Source of the DNA: Auanema rhodensis
Lineage: Eukaryota > Animalia > Nematoda
NCBI GenBank assembly: GCA_964057225.1
Contig: OZ059895.1
Span: 5,332,001-5,396,000, forward strand
Direction: 5' to 3'
DNA: 64,000 bases
Part shown: one piece after another, positions 1 to 15,924 of the stretch
How positions within the stretch are numbered: the stretch's first letter is position 1
Layout: every line of letters starts with the position of its first letter
Notes under the pieces: model-generated
Databases searched by the model: none
Told to the model about the DNA's origin: nothing
Seen by the model: only the letters and a program-made list of their open reading frames with translations
Translations under genes and position numbers: made by a program

Positions 1-475
<475 letters not shown>

Positions 476-904
476 TTATATTCAAAAAAAAGATGCCTTA
501 ACATATTGTATTTAATGTAAACAACTTAAATTCAAATTTAAAAACATAACCTTACTCTTCTTCTCAACAGTAATCTTTTTTTTTTTTTGGATTTCTAACA
601 AAAAACATGAATCAAAGGTAAATGCTATGAAAATTCAAAGATTAGAAGAAAAACAATTCTCCTTAATCTTTAAAGTTTCAGATAATTAGTTAACTATGAA
701 TAGCATCAAAAAACTAAGCTTATCACCCTCTCCTTATAAGTAGACAATTAAAAAATTCAACCGCTTATCATCAGTCCACATTTAAAATGATGGAGCACAC
801 ACACTTTGAAACTGAGGTATTTTTGAAATTATTATTGAAACATCCAACATATTTTTATTTGAATTACACAATTATTAACTCATACAGAATAAAAAGAGTA
901 ATGT

Positions 905-920
905 GGCCCTAAAGAGGGCC
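905..920 (-). terminator. Histone 3' stem-loop of H2A (also at +3544 and +7088)
   Basis: GGCCCT-CTTT-AGGGCC on the minus strand, 28 nt after the stop, inside a 28-nt block shared by all four genes. Confidence 0.97.
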
Positions 921-948
921 GTTGGGTTAGATGATAGCAGCACATCAC

Positions 949-1332
949 TTATTCCTTTTCTCCGGCAGTCTTCTTGGGGAGAAGGCTGGCTTGGATGTTT
1001 GGAAGAACTCCTCCTTGAGCGATGGTTACACCGGAAAGAAGTTTGTTCAACTCTTCGTCATTTCTGACGGCAAGTTGAAGATGGCGAGGGTTGATTCTGC
1101 TCTTCTTGTTATCACGGGCAGCGTTACCAGCCAACTCAAGAACTTCAGCGGCAAGATATTCAAGAACGGCAGCAAGGTAGACTGGAGCTCCGGCACCAAC
1201 ACGCTTAGCGTAGTTACCTTTGCGAAGCATACGATGAAGACGTCCAACAGGGAATTGAAGTCCTGCTCTTGAAGAACGGGACTTGGCCTTTCCGCCGGTC
1301 TTAGCTTTTCCTCCTTTTCCACGTCCAGACAT
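949..1332 (-). CDS. H2A: Histone H2A
   Basis: [11 protein letters not shown]...[11 protein letters not shown]...LLPKK, 127 aa, intronless; true ATG at 1332. Confidence 0.98.
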   Translation of the reverse strand: MSGRGKGGKAKTGGKAKSRSSRAGLQFPVGRLHRMLRKGNYAKRVGAGAPVYLAAVLEYLAAEVLELAGNAARDNKKSRINPRHLQLAVRNDEELNKLLSGVTIAQGGVLPNIQASLLPKKTAGEKE

Positions 1333-1411
1333 GATGATAGCTAGTGGTGAGTTGTGAGACTCGTTAACCCCAAACAAATTGCGCACGCACTATATACAGT
1401 ATAGCAAGCAA

Positions 1412-1423
1412 GCTCCGCCCACC
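1412..1423 (-). promoter_or_regulatory. Histone promoter element GGTGGGCGGAGC upstream of H2A; TATATA at 1391-1396
   Basis: Same 12-mer as in the H3 promoter, with a TATA-like box just downstream. Confidence 0.65.
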
Positions 1424-1804
1424 ACCTTCCTTTGTTGCAGGACTAAATTTTAAAAAATGAAAACTTATGTACAATTAAAAATGAAACAACATCATATCTA
1501 ATATAGTTAGTTATAATATAAAATTGCAATTATGCATAATGAGAACAAAACCGATTTATCTGAAATTAGCATGAAGCTCAAGACGTCAATATCATGTTGT
1601 GCTTTACATTCAGATACAGCTTGACATCCAAACAACTTATTTTCAACACTAAAACCCTATTACATTGGATAGTTAAATAATGTACCTGAATCAATATGAG
1701 CAATTCTGATAGTGCATGATGACAAAATGCGCTTCAGTACATTAAAAAAAATGTTTATTAACGTAACAACATTCAGAAAACAAAACAGCAAATTAAGGAT
1801 ATGT

Positions 1805-1820
1805 GGCCCTAAAGAGGGCC
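1805..1820 (-). terminator. Histone 3' stem-loop of H2B (also at +3544 and +7088)
   Basis: Same 16-nt hairpin downstream of the H2B stop. Confidence 0.97.
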
Positions 1821-1852
1821 GTTGGGTTAGGTTGCAGTACAACTCTAACAAT

Positions 1853-2224
1853 TTACTTGCTAGAGGTGTACTTGGTGACAGCCTTGGTTCCTTCAGAGAC
1901 GGCGTGCTTGGCAAGTTCTCCAGGGAGGATAAGTCTGACGGCAGTCTGGACTTCGCGAGATGAGATGGTGGATCTCTTGTTGTAGTGGGCCAGACGGGAA
2001 GCCTCAGCAGCAATGCGCTCAAAAACGTCATTAACAAATGAGTTCATGATGCTCATGGCCTTGGAGGAAATTCCAGTGTCAGGGTGGACCTGCTTAAGTA
2101 CACGGTAGACGTAGACAGAGTAAGATTCCTTTCTGGACTTTCTCTTCTTCTTGTCTCCGGTACGGCTGACCTTCTGGGTCTTGGCGGCTTTCTTAGCTCC
2201 CTTCGCGGATGGCTTGGGTGGCAT
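1853..2224 (-). CDS. H2B: Histone H2B
   Basis: MPPKPSAKG...[20 protein letters not shown]...TKYTSSK. Confidence 0.98.
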   Translation of the reverse strand: MPPKPSAKGAKKAAKTQKVSRTGDKKKRKSRKESYSVYVYRVLKQVHPDTGISSKAMSIMNSFVNDVFERIAAEASRLAHYNKRSTISSREVQTAVRLILPGELAKHAVSEGTKAVTKYTSSK

Positions 2225-2626
2225 GGTTATTGCTACGCTGACGAATCAACTGTTAATGTACAACTCGATTTGCTGACCTATATGTTAGTTAGCGCGCAAA
2301 CCACGCCCCCATGCTCAGAACTCTGGTTAGAAGCTGTACTGTAAGAAGTTTAAATAATGTTCAGCTAGTAAAACATCTGAATATATTACACATATCCTAT
2401 ATAATATATAATAATATATAACCATATTCAAACTATTTAATATTACAAAACAATTTATATCAAAAGTCAACAAATTATTTTACCATGATAATTAGCATTG
2501 AGCGGTTGTATTCCATAGTTCTATTTAATTTTTTCCAAACAAAACAAAAAAAATTAATACAGAAAAGTTATTTATTATTATTTACATATTGATTATATCT
2601 TATAGCAATAATATTAATTTGTATGT

Positions 2627-2642
2627 GGCCCTAAAGAGGGCC
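2627..2642 (-). terminator. Histone 3' stem-loop of H4 (also at +3544 and +7088)
   Basis: Same 16-nt hairpin downstream of the H4 stop. Confidence 0.97.
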
Positions 2643-2675
2643 GTTGGGTTAGGTAATAGTCACAAGATATGCAAC

Positions 2676-3035
<360 letters not shown>

Positions 3036-3452
3036 TCATTATATACTAGGACAGAGGAGGTCACCCTGCGACAACCCATATGAGCATTATCATCAAAAAA
3101 TGCTACCAACCAGTTTTCAATATACATAGTTAAGATTATTCAAATATACCCACAGGATATAGATAAATATATTTAATTCAGCTTGAAATCATTTGAATTT
3201 TTTAAAAAATTAAAAACTTTAAAATTTACTCATATAAGGCTGTTTCACATGAAAGTTATTTAGATAAACTTATTTGAATGCCGTGACATTATCATGAATT
3301 TCATTTTAAAGCCTTCAACTACTCTCTCAAAATAAACAACACATCCCGTACATTGTGACATCTACGTTAGTGTAAATAGCATAAAAGCTTGCAATAATTC
3401 ATACAAAACTAATTTATTTTATCACAAATAATCATATCAAAATTAAATTTGT

Positions 3453-3468
3453 GGCCCTAAAGAGGGCC
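3453..3468 (-). terminator. Histone 3' stem-loop of H3 (also at +3544 and +7088)
   Basis: Same 16-nt hairpin downstream of the H3 stop. Confidence 0.97.
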
Positions 3469-3494
3469 GTTGGGTTATGTAACGTTGCAAACGC

Positions 3495-4019
<525 letters not shown>

Positions 4020-4492
4020 TTATATTCAAAAAAAAGATGCCTTAACATATTGTATTTAATGTAAACAACTTAAATTCAAATTTAAAAACATAACCTTACT
4101 CTTCTTCTCAACAGTAATCTTTTTTTTTTTTTGGATTTCTAACAAAAAACATAAATCAAAGGTAAATGCTATGAAAATTCAAAGATTAGAAGAAAAACAA
4201 TTCTCCTTAATCTTTAAAGTTTCAGATAATTAGTTAACTATGAATAGCATCAAAAAACTAAGCTTATCACCCTCTCCTTATAAGTAGACAATTAAAAAAT
4301 TCAACCGCTTATCATCAGTCCACATTTAAAATGATGGAGCACACACACTTTGAAACTGAGGTATTTTTGAAATTATTATTGAAACATCCAACATATTTTT
4401 ATTTGAATTACACAATTATTAACTCATACAGAATAAAAAGAGTAATGTGGCCCTAAAGAGGGCCGTTGGGTTAGATGATAGCAGCACATCAC

Positions 4493-4876
4493 TTATTCCT
4501 TTTCTCCGGCAGTCTTCTTGGGGAGAAGGCTGGCTTGGATGTTTGGAAGAACTCCTCCTTGAGCGATGGTTACACCGGAAAGAAGTTTGTTCAACTCTTC
4601 GTCATTTCTGACGGCAAGTTGAAGATGGCGAGGGTTGATTCTGCTCTTCTTGTTATCACGGGCAGCGTTACCAGCCAACTCAAGAACTTCAGCGGCAAGA
4701 TATTCAAGAACGGCAGCAAGGTAGACTGGAGCTCCGGCACCAACACGCTTAGCGTAGTTACCTTTGCGAAGCATACGATGAAGACGTCCAACAGGGAATT
4801 GAAGTCCTGCTCTTGAAGAACGGGACTTGGCCTTTCCGCCGGTCTTAGCTTTTCCTCCTTTTCCACGTCCAGACAT
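4493..4876 (-). CDS. H2A: Histone H2A
   Basis: Repeat copy, identical protein. Confidence 0.98.
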   Translation of the reverse strand: MSGRGKGGKAKTGGKAKSRSSRAGLQFPVGRLHRMLRKGNYAKRVGAGAPVYLAAVLEYLAAEVLELAGNAARDNKKSRINPRHLQLAVRNDEELNKLLSGVTIAQGGVLPNIQASLLPKKTAGEKE

Positions 4877-5396
4877 GATGATAGCTAGTGGTGAGTTGTG
4901 AGACTCGTTAACCCCAAACAAATTGCGCACGCACTATATACAGTATAGCAAGCAAGCTCCGCCCACCACCTTCCTTTGTTGCAGGACTAAATTTTAAAAA
5001 ATGAAAACTTATGTACAATTAAAAATGAAACAACATCATATCTAATATAGTTAGTTATAATATAAAATTGCAATTATGCATAATGAGAACAAAACCGATT
5101 TATCTGAAATTAGCATGAAGCTCAAGACGTCAATATCATGTTGTGCTTTACATTCAGATACAGCTTGACATCCAAACAACTTATTTTCAACACTAAAACC
5201 CTATTACATTGGATAGTTAAATAATGTACCTGAATCAATATGAGCAATTCTGATAGTGCATGATGACAAAATGCGCTTCAGTACATTAAAAAAAATGTTT
5301 ATTAACGTAACAACATTCAGAAAACAAAACAGCAAATTAAGGATATGTGGCCCTAAAGAGGGCCGTTGGGTTAGGTTGCAGTACAACTCTAACAAT

Positions 5397-5768
5397 TTAC
5401 TTGCTAGAGGTGTACTTGGTGACAGCCTTGGTTCCTTCAGAGACGGCGTGCTTGGCAAGTTCTCCAGGGAGGATAAGTCTGACGGCAGTCTGGACTTCGC
5501 GAGATGAGATGGTGGATCTCTTGTTGTAGTGGGCCAGACGGGAAGCCTCAGCAGCAATGCGCTCAAAAACGTCATTAACAAATGAGTTCATGATGCTCAT
5601 GGCCTTGGAGGAAATTCCAGTGTCAGGGTGGACCTGCTTAAGTACACGGTAGACGTAGACAGAGTAAGATTCCTTTCTGGACTTTCTCTTCTTCTTGTCT
5701 CCGGTACGGCTGACCTTCTGGGTCTTGGCGGCTTTCTTAGCTCCCTTGGCGGATGGCTTGGGTGGCAT
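5397..5768 (-). CDS. H2B: Histone H2B
   Basis: Repeat copy, identical protein. Confidence 0.98.
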   Translation of the reverse strand: MPPKPSAKGAKKAAKTQKVSRTGDKKKRKSRKESYSVYVYRVLKQVHPDTGISSKAMSIMNSFVNDVFERIAAEASRLAHYNKRSTISSREVQTAVRLILPGELAKHAVSEGTKAVTKYTSSK

Positions 5769-6219
5769 GGTTATTGCTACGCTGACGAATCAACTGTTAA
5801 TGTACAACTCGATTTGCTGACCTATATGTTAGTTAGCGCGCAAACCACGCCCCCATGCTCAGAACTCTGGTTAGAAGCTGTACTGTAAGAAGTTTAAATA
5901 ATGTTCAGCTAGTAAAACATCTGAATATATTACACATATCCTATATAATATATAATAATATATAACCATATTCAAACTATTTAATATTACAAAACAATTT
6001 ATATCAAAAGTCAACAAATTATTTTACCATGATAATTAGCATTGAGCGGTTGTATTCCATAGTTCTATTTAATTTTTTCCAAACAAAACAAAAAAAATTA
6101 ATACAGAAAAGTTATTTATTATTATTTACATATTGATTATATCTTATAGCAATAATATTAATTTGTATGTGGCCCTAAAGAGGGCCGTTGGGTTAGGTAA
6201 TAGTCACAAGATATGCAAC

Positions 6220-6579
<360 letters not shown>

Positions 6580-7038
6580 TCATTATATACTAGGACAGAG
6601 GAGGTCACCCTGCGACAACCCATATGAGCATTATCATCAAAAAATGCTACCAACCAGTTTTCAATATACATAGTTAAGATTATTCAAATATACACACAGG
6701 ATATAGATAAATATATTTAATTCAGCTTGAAATCATTTGAATTTTTTAAAAAATTAAAAACTTTAAAATTTACTCATATAAGGCTGTTTCACATGAAAGT
6801 TATTTAGATAAACTTATTTGAATGCCGTGACATTATCATGAATTTCATTTTAAAGCCTTCAACTACTCTCTCAAAATAAACAACACATCCCATACATTGT
6901 GACATCTACGTTAGTGTAAATAGCATAAAAGCTTGCAATAATTCATACAAAACTAATTTATTTTATCACAAATAATCATATCAAAATTAAATTTGTGGCC
7001 CTAAAGAGGGCCGTTGGGTTATGTAACGTTGCAAACGC

Positions 7039-7563
<525 letters not shown>

Positions 7564-8036
7564 TTATATTCAAAAAAAAGATGCCTTAACATATTGTATT
7601 TAATGTAAACAACTTAAATTCAAATTTAAAAACATAACCTTACTCTTCTTCTCAACAGTAATCTTTTTTTTTTTTTGGATTTCTAACAAAAAACATGAAT
7701 CAAAGGTAAATGCTATGAAAATTCAAAGATTAGAAGAAAAACAATTCTCCTTAATCTTTAAAGTTTCAGATAATTAGTTAACTATGAATAGCATCAAAAA
7801 ACTAAGCTTATCACCCTCTCCTTATAAGTAGACAATTAAAAAATTCAACCGCTTATCATCAGTCCACATTTAAAATGATGGAGCACACACACTTTGAAAC
7901 TGAGGTATTTTTGAAATTATTATTGAAACATCCAACATATTTTTATTTGAATTACACAATTATTAACTCATACAGAATAAAAAGAGTAATGTGGCCCTAA
8001 AGAGGGCCGTTGGGTTAGATGATAGCAGCACATCAC

Positions 8037-8420
8037 TTATTCCTTTTCTCCGGCAGTCTTCTTGGGGAGAAGGCTGGCTTGGATGTTTGGAAGAACTCCT
8101 CCTTGAGCGATGGTTACACCGGAAAGAAGTTTGTTCAACTCTTCGTCATTTCTGACGGCAAGTTGAAGATGGCGAGGGTTGATTCTGCTCTTCTTGTTAT
8201 CACGGGCAGCGTTACCAGCCAACTCAAGAACTTCAGCGGCAAGATATTCAAGAACGGCAGCAAGGTAGACTGGAGCTCCGGCACCAACACGCTTAGCGTA
8301 GTTACCTTTGCGAAGCATACGATGAAGACGTCCAACAGGGAATTGAAGTCCTGCTCTTGAAGAACGGGACTTGGCCTTTCCGCCGGTCTTAGCTTTTCCT
8401 CCTTTTCCACGTCCAGACAT
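8037..8420 (-). CDS. H2A: Histone H2A
   Basis: Repeat copy, identical protein. Confidence 0.98.
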   Translation of the reverse strand: MSGRGKGGKAKTGGKAKSRSSRAGLQFPVGRLHRMLRKGNYAKRVGAGAPVYLAAVLEYLAAEVLELAGNAARDNKKSRINPRHLQLAVRNDEELNKLLSGVTIAQGGVLPNIQASLLPKKTAGEKE

Positions 8421-8940
8421 GATGATAGCTAGTGGTGAGTTGTGAGACTCGTTAACCCCAAACAAATTGCGCACGCACTATATACAGTATAGCAAGCAAG
8501 CTCCGCCCACCACCTTCCTTTGTTGCAGGACTAAATTTTAAAAAATGAAAACTTATGTACAATTAAAAATGAAACAACATCATATCTAATATAGTTAGTT
8601 ATAATATAAAATTGCAATTATGCATAATGAGAACAAAACCGATTTATCTGAAATTAGCATGAAGCTCAAGACGTCAATATCATGTTGTGCTTTACATTCA
8701 GATACAGCTTGACATCCAAACAACTTATTTTCAACACTAAAACCCTATTACATTGGATAGTTAAATAATGTACCTGAATCAATATGAGCAATTCTGATAG
8801 TGCATGATGACAAAATGCGCTTCAGTACATTAAAAAAAATGTTTATTAACGTAACAACATTCAGAAAACAAAACAGCAAATTAAGGATATGTGGCCCTAA
8901 AGAGGGCCGTTGGGTTAGGTTGCAGTACAACTCTAACAAT

Positions 8941-9312
8941 TTACTTGCTAGAGGTGTACTTGGTGACAGCCTTGGTTCCTTCAGAGACGGCGTGCTTGGC
9001 AAGTTCTCCAGGGAGGATAAGTCTGACGGCAGTCTGGACTTCGCGAGATGAGATGGTGGATCTCTTGTTGTAGTGGGCCAGACGGGAAGCCTCAGCAGCA
9101 ATGCGCTCAAAAACGTCATTAACAAATGAGTTCATGATGCTCATGGCCTTGGAGGAAATTCCAGTGTCAGGGTGGACCTGCTTAAGTACACGGTAGACGT
9201 AGACAGAGTAAGATTCCTTTCTGGACTTTCTCTTCTTCTTGTCTCCGGTACGGCTGACCTTCTGGGTCTTGGCGGCTTTCTTAGCTCCCTTGGCGGATGG
9301 CTTGGGTGGCAT
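8941..9312 (-). CDS. H2B: Histone H2B
   Basis: Repeat copy, identical protein. Confidence 0.98.
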   Translation of the reverse strand: MPPKPSAKGAKKAAKTQKVSRTGDKKKRKSRKESYSVYVYRVLKQVHPDTGISSKAMSIMNSFVNDVFERIAAEASRLAHYNKRSTISSREVQTAVRLILPGELAKHAVSEGTKAVTKYTSSK

Positions 9313-9763
9313 GGTTATTGCTACGCTGACGAATCAACTGTTAATGTACAACTCGATTTGCTGACCTATATGTTAGTTAGCGCGCAAACCACGCCCCCAT
9401 GCTCAGAACTCTGGTTAGAAGCTGTACTGTAAGAAGTTTAAATAATGTTCAGCTAGTAAAACATCTGAATATATTACACATATCCTATATAATATATAAT
9501 AATATATAACCATATTCAAACTATTTAATATTACAAAACAATTTATATCAAAAGTCAACAAATTATTTTACCATGATAATTAGCATTGAGCGGTTGTATT
9601 CCATAGTTCTATTTAATTTTTTCCAAACAAAACAAAAAAAATTAATACAGAAAAGTTATTTATTATTATTTACATATTGATTATATCTTATAGCAATAAT
9701 ATTAATTTGTATGTGGCCCTAAAGAGGGCCGTTGGGTTAGGTAATAGTCACAAGATATGCAAC

Positions 9764-10123
<360 letters not shown>

Positions 10124-10582
10124 TCATTATATACTAGGACAGAGGAGGTCACCCTGCGACAACCCATATGAGCATTATCATCAAAAAATGCTACCAACCA
10201 GTTTTCAATATACATAGTTAAGATTATTCAAATATACACACAGGATATAGATAAATATATTTAATTCAGCTTGAAATCATTTGAATTTTTTAAAAAATTA
10301 AAAACTTTAAAATTTACTCATATAAGGCTGTTTCACATGAAAGTTATTTAGATAAACTTATTTGAATGCCGTGACATTATCATGAATTTCATTTTAAAGC
10401 CTTCAACTACTCTCTCAAAATAAACAACACATCCCATACATTGTGACATCTACGTTAGTGTAAATAGCATAAAAGCTTGCAATAATTCATACAAAACTAA
10501 TTTATTTTATCACAAATAATCATATCAAAATTAAATTTGTGGCCCTAAAGAGGGCCGTTGGGTTATGTAACGTTGCAAACGC

Positions 10583-11107
<525 letters not shown>

Positions 11108-11537
11108 TTATATTCAAAAAACATTACGTATTTGTTCTAAAATAAAATTTGAATTGAAGCCAGATTTCATAACTTAAGACTTTATTCTAATTATTATGTT
11201 ATATGTTTCACAGATTATATTATAGAAATTTTGCATTTTTTTTATTTACTAAAAGAATTTTAAAAAATCAGAAGAAAAGATAAATTAATATTCTAAATAG
11301 AAATTATCTTTTATTTTGGTGATTTTTCAATTTTTCTAATTATTTTACTTTGACTAGTTCTAAACAGTAACAAAATGAATCAGAGAAGAGAAGACCCGTC
11401 TGCTTCGGAGCACGACTTATAAACTTTGTAAGAAGAAATATTAATATATGTGAATATATTCGAAAAACTAAAGTAGTGAAGATTACAAGCCTTGATGATG
11501 ATAATTATGATAATAATACTGCAGATGTGTAGAGAAA

Positions 11538-14500
11538 CTATGATGTTCGGAAGCAATCTTGGAGGAATGATTCAATTTTCATGAACTTATGATCATCACG
11601 AGCCAGAATGGAATGATCTTGATTTGGATATACCTAAAAATATATTTCTAGAATATATTCTTTAAAAAATATTTTTAGATCATACCATTAGATCAAAATC
11701 AACCTTTGCAATTTGCAACTTTTCAATTAAAAGTGCACTATTTTGGAAATGTACATTGTCTGAAATATATGGTTTATATTACTTTTTTTCATATTTGATC
11801 AAACATACCATCAAAGAGACCATGAATAAGTAACAAACGGGTTGAAGAAAATTTGCTAACATCACGGGTTATATCGGCTTGATTATAAGCTTCACGTCCA
11901 GCATCTCCCATATAACGCTCAGTATATGCGGCATCTTTATTATGTATGATGTAAACGAATAAGTTATATAAATCTACTTACCATAATACAAGAAATTACC
12001 AACTGGAGCACCGGATATGGCACATTTAAAGAAATTTTTTGGTGATTTTATTACCATATTAGCTGTAGCAAAGCCGCCATAGGACCAGCCAAACACGGCT
12101 ACACGTGATGAGTCTAAGAAGGAGTATTTCGATAAAATTTGTCTGAAAAGATCAAATTTATTATAATTATTATTATCTGAATAAGATACCGTGTGGCTTC
12201 AATCTGATCTTCAATTTCAACAGTTCCCAAAGCACCATAGATAGCAGAACGATACTTCCATCCACGGCTACCAGATCCACGACCATCAATCTGAAAAACA
12301 TTGAAGATAAGGTAAACAGGCAAATGGTAGGTGTGCTTAAACATACCTGAAGAACTGCCATTTCTCCTTTATGAACCCACCACATTTGACGATTGAAGCT
12401 TAACTGATTTTTAACAGCTTGAGTTGCAGGTCCAGCATAACTGAAAATAATTATAGAGAAATGTTTTTGAAAATCTTTATTTATGATAGAAAAAAATGTA
12501 AACTAACACTACAACAAGAAGAGGTAAAGAACGACTATTTGATTTTGATAATTGACCAGGAGGTAAGGAAAGTCGTGTAATAGCTTCTGAAATATATATT
12601 ATATTATATTAGCTATATATTTATATATTTACAAACCATATCCATTTCCCAAATCAAGCTTATCATCAATAATGAGGGGCATCTTAAAGTTTTCCACAGC
12701 AGCAGCATGTTCTTTGTTTTCCAATGCAGTACGAGCTTAAACATAATCATATTCCAAATTAATTAAAACTATAATTTACGATTTTCTAAGCGAATTTTTT
12801 TTGGATCAGATGATCGTATTAAATCTAGAATCCATACTGTCATATCAGGTCCCTATAGATAATATATATTTTAATTATAATATTATAATTTACATACTTG
12901 ACATTGAAGCATAACATGCTGCATATTAGGAGATATACGTGGTTGTTGATATGAACAATTGGAAAATGAATTTGTAAGACATGTCGATTCTTCATTATAA
13001 ATCTTAAAATATAAGAAAAAATTATAATTTTGTTGTAATATTAAAAGAAAATAATTTCATACAAATGATAAGCTTACATGAGAAGCCTTTGTAACAAATA
13101 GTCGTTGATCACTCGGTAATGGAGCATGTGACAAGAAATATCTACAATAAAATATAATATTATGTGAATATAGTTAAGCTTTTACATACATAGTATCCAT
13201 TTCAGCATCTATTGTGATAAGGCTTGCAACATCGAAATTTCCAATGGACAAGAACATAGGTCGAGACCATCGGACAGATGGATTCAGAGTATCACGCTAA
13301 AACTTATTATTTAGATAATTGAATAATAGATATATGACCTACCTCGACAACAAATTTAGCAATATGTTGGAAATATTCACCATTTTTCATTTGTCTTGGT
13401 AATAAAATATAAAAACTATCGTTATTATAAAGCATTGAATTAAAATCTTCTGGAGATGCCCATGTCTTTTCTGGATATTTGAATTCAGCAACCTATAATA
13501 TATACATAAATATGAATGTATATATGTTTTATAATGCTGATAATAGAATCTATTAATGCTTACCAAGCTACAAAGACCTGTCTCAAATTCACATAAGGTT
13601 ATAGATAGATGATTCTGATAGCGATTAGTCCAGAAGACGACAGCTGTTTCTTTACCATTCAGTATCATCCAACTAACAGAGAAAAGATAATGATAATCAC
13701 TATAAAATATATATTTTATGCTATTATAGTTTAATAATTAGGAATAACTAACCGACTATCACGTAATTGTACATCCATTTGTTTACTTATTCTTTCTTTC
13801 TTATCCCAAATCGATATTGTATAAGATGGTAGACGTTTTTCTCCAGTTTTTGGATATTCCAAATTGCTTGTAACAGGATAATTCTGATATGAGGTGTATC
13901 TGTAGTTGAAACAAGGTTTTCAATGCTTAATATGCTTTAGCAGACCTGGTCATAATGACAGTCTTCACTTGTGTATTGCTACGGCTGGCAAATGCTAAAC
14001 GATTACCAAGCGGTGACCACCACATAGCCTGAAGTCAAAATCAAGTTATGCAAGAATTATACCTTGTTAAATGTCCTCATAACATGAGAAAACAACAACA
14101 ACAACAACTTACAGTACGAGAACTGAAAATTTCTTCTTCATACATCCAGTCAAAATAGCCATGGATATTTGGTCCTGTTTCAGAAGATGTACTAACACGT
14201 ATGCTTTCAGGTGATTCTGGTGAACTTGAATAGTAAATTTGGCCATTTTGAACAAAAACCTTCAAAGATAAAACATTAGTTTATTTATAAAAAGATTTAA
14301 TTTTTAACTTACGTAATCATAACCACTTGGATTCCAAAGAAAAGCCCAAATACGTTCATCTTCTTTATTATGTTCACCAACTCGATAACTTGCACTAAAT
14401 ACAATAATATTTTAATGAAAAATGAGCAAAAAATTGTAAAAATTTGTATAAATTTTTGTTTTTTATTATAAAAAATTATTTATAAATTAAATTAAAATAG

Positions 14501-15483
14501 TACGAACTGTGATTCAGCATCCACAATTGTATAAAAAGCTGTTTCATTGTCTGGATTCATTGACTATAATATAGTTAATGTTATAACTATAAATTATATT
14601 TTTGACATACTGGATTTGGAGCAGGATCGCCGGATGCATAGTAACGTAGATCACGCGAATAGACGATACGACTTCGTAAATTCTGTTGAGGAGATAGAAT
14701 AGAGAATAGCCAATTCAACTGGATACGGGAAAAAGAAGAAAATACTATATAAACTATACACATATGTAGATATTGCTAGTCTAATCACCTAATATCATTG
14801 AAAAACAATAAAAATATATTCAATATTACTTGAAAAATGATTTTTTTCATCAAAAAACTTGAAAACAAAAGTATATTGAAATATTATTATTAATTATATT
14901 GAATATAGTTTAAGTTATTCAATTATATTGATTTTTTTAAAATTAAATCTTTAGTTTTTCTTTTTTGGTTTCTCAACTATTAACTAACTCAAAAAGAAAA
15001 AAAAGAAGTAAACACGTGATTAGATCAACAACAGCAACAAGACGACAGACAAGAGGGTAATAGAAGGTAAAGCATTTACATGAAAACTGCTGCAAAGCTG
15101 CAAAAAACAACTTACGCCTGATCGTTCCATGGCACATTCTTGTGATTTATTTTGAATGTTATATAGGTTAGCATTGCCTTCAGATGATTCAAAGAAGATA
15201 TTTTGATTATCAAGCCAATCTAGACCATAATATGGATATCGTAGTTTTACCAAATCTGAATAAGATACTGGACCATCAGAACTGTGATCATTTGCACTGA
15301 CTGTAATAATGAATATGTATATAATATTATATAAAATATATAAAATAAATATATAAAAGATAATTTACTTGGTGTAAAAATATATCCAGCTAAAAATATT
15401 AACGAGCAAATAATCATTATGACCAGTAATGCTGTTGCAATTCCTTTCCAATCACGCTCCTGAGGCCCAGGACCTCCTAATTC
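11538..15483 (-). CDS. dpf-1: Dipeptidyl peptidase IV family (S9B), DPP6/DPP10-like type II membrane protein; shared multi-exon body
   Basis: The exon starting at 15483 reads ELGGPGPQERDWKGIATALLVIMIICSLIF (DPP6-like juxtamembrane and TM region). Also present: DWMYEEEI, IDGRGSG, nucleophile GWSYGG (12073-12090), HGLFDDNVHFQNS and YPNQDHSI. Stop TAG at 11538-11540. Confidence 0.9.
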
Positions 15484-15872
15484 CTAAAGAAAGAATATAT
15501 TGTATGAAATATTTTTAATTTTGTATTTATATGTAATACAATTCAAAAATATTTAAAAATTACGTTGCATAGTATAGAGTTCAACTACCATTTTACATCA
15601 TATAACTAACATACGTAATATAAAACATTTTTGAATTATTGGATTATTTATAAGAAAAACAAATATAAATGAAGTTTTTGAAACATTTTTATATAATAAC
15701 CAGACGTTTTTTTGTGGCAAAAAAAAAGGAATTAATTTACAACAAATAGTAAATTATATACATATGTTTAAAGCTGTTAGGTAAGTAGATAGTCAGGTAA
15801 CATGATGTGCAAAACAAGCAATTAGCTCGTTTTGACTGTTTGTTATATGTAACTGTCTAATTATAGAAAAAT

Positions 15873-15873
<1 letters not shown>

Positions 15874-15920
<47 letters not shown>
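15874..15920. repeat. (AG)n microsatellite
   Basis: Pure AG run in a dpf-1 intron. Confidence 0.95.

Positions 15921-15924
<4 letters not shown>

Noticed and set aside
11121-11400. Telomere-addition or programmed DNA elimination break motif at the array edge
   Set aside because: No TTAGGC array or convincing palindromic motif was visible; coverage data would be needed.
15564-15591. A fourth possible dpf-1 first exon (MVVELYTMQ)
   Set aside because: Its GT donor falls in phase 1, incompatible with the phase-0 shared exon.
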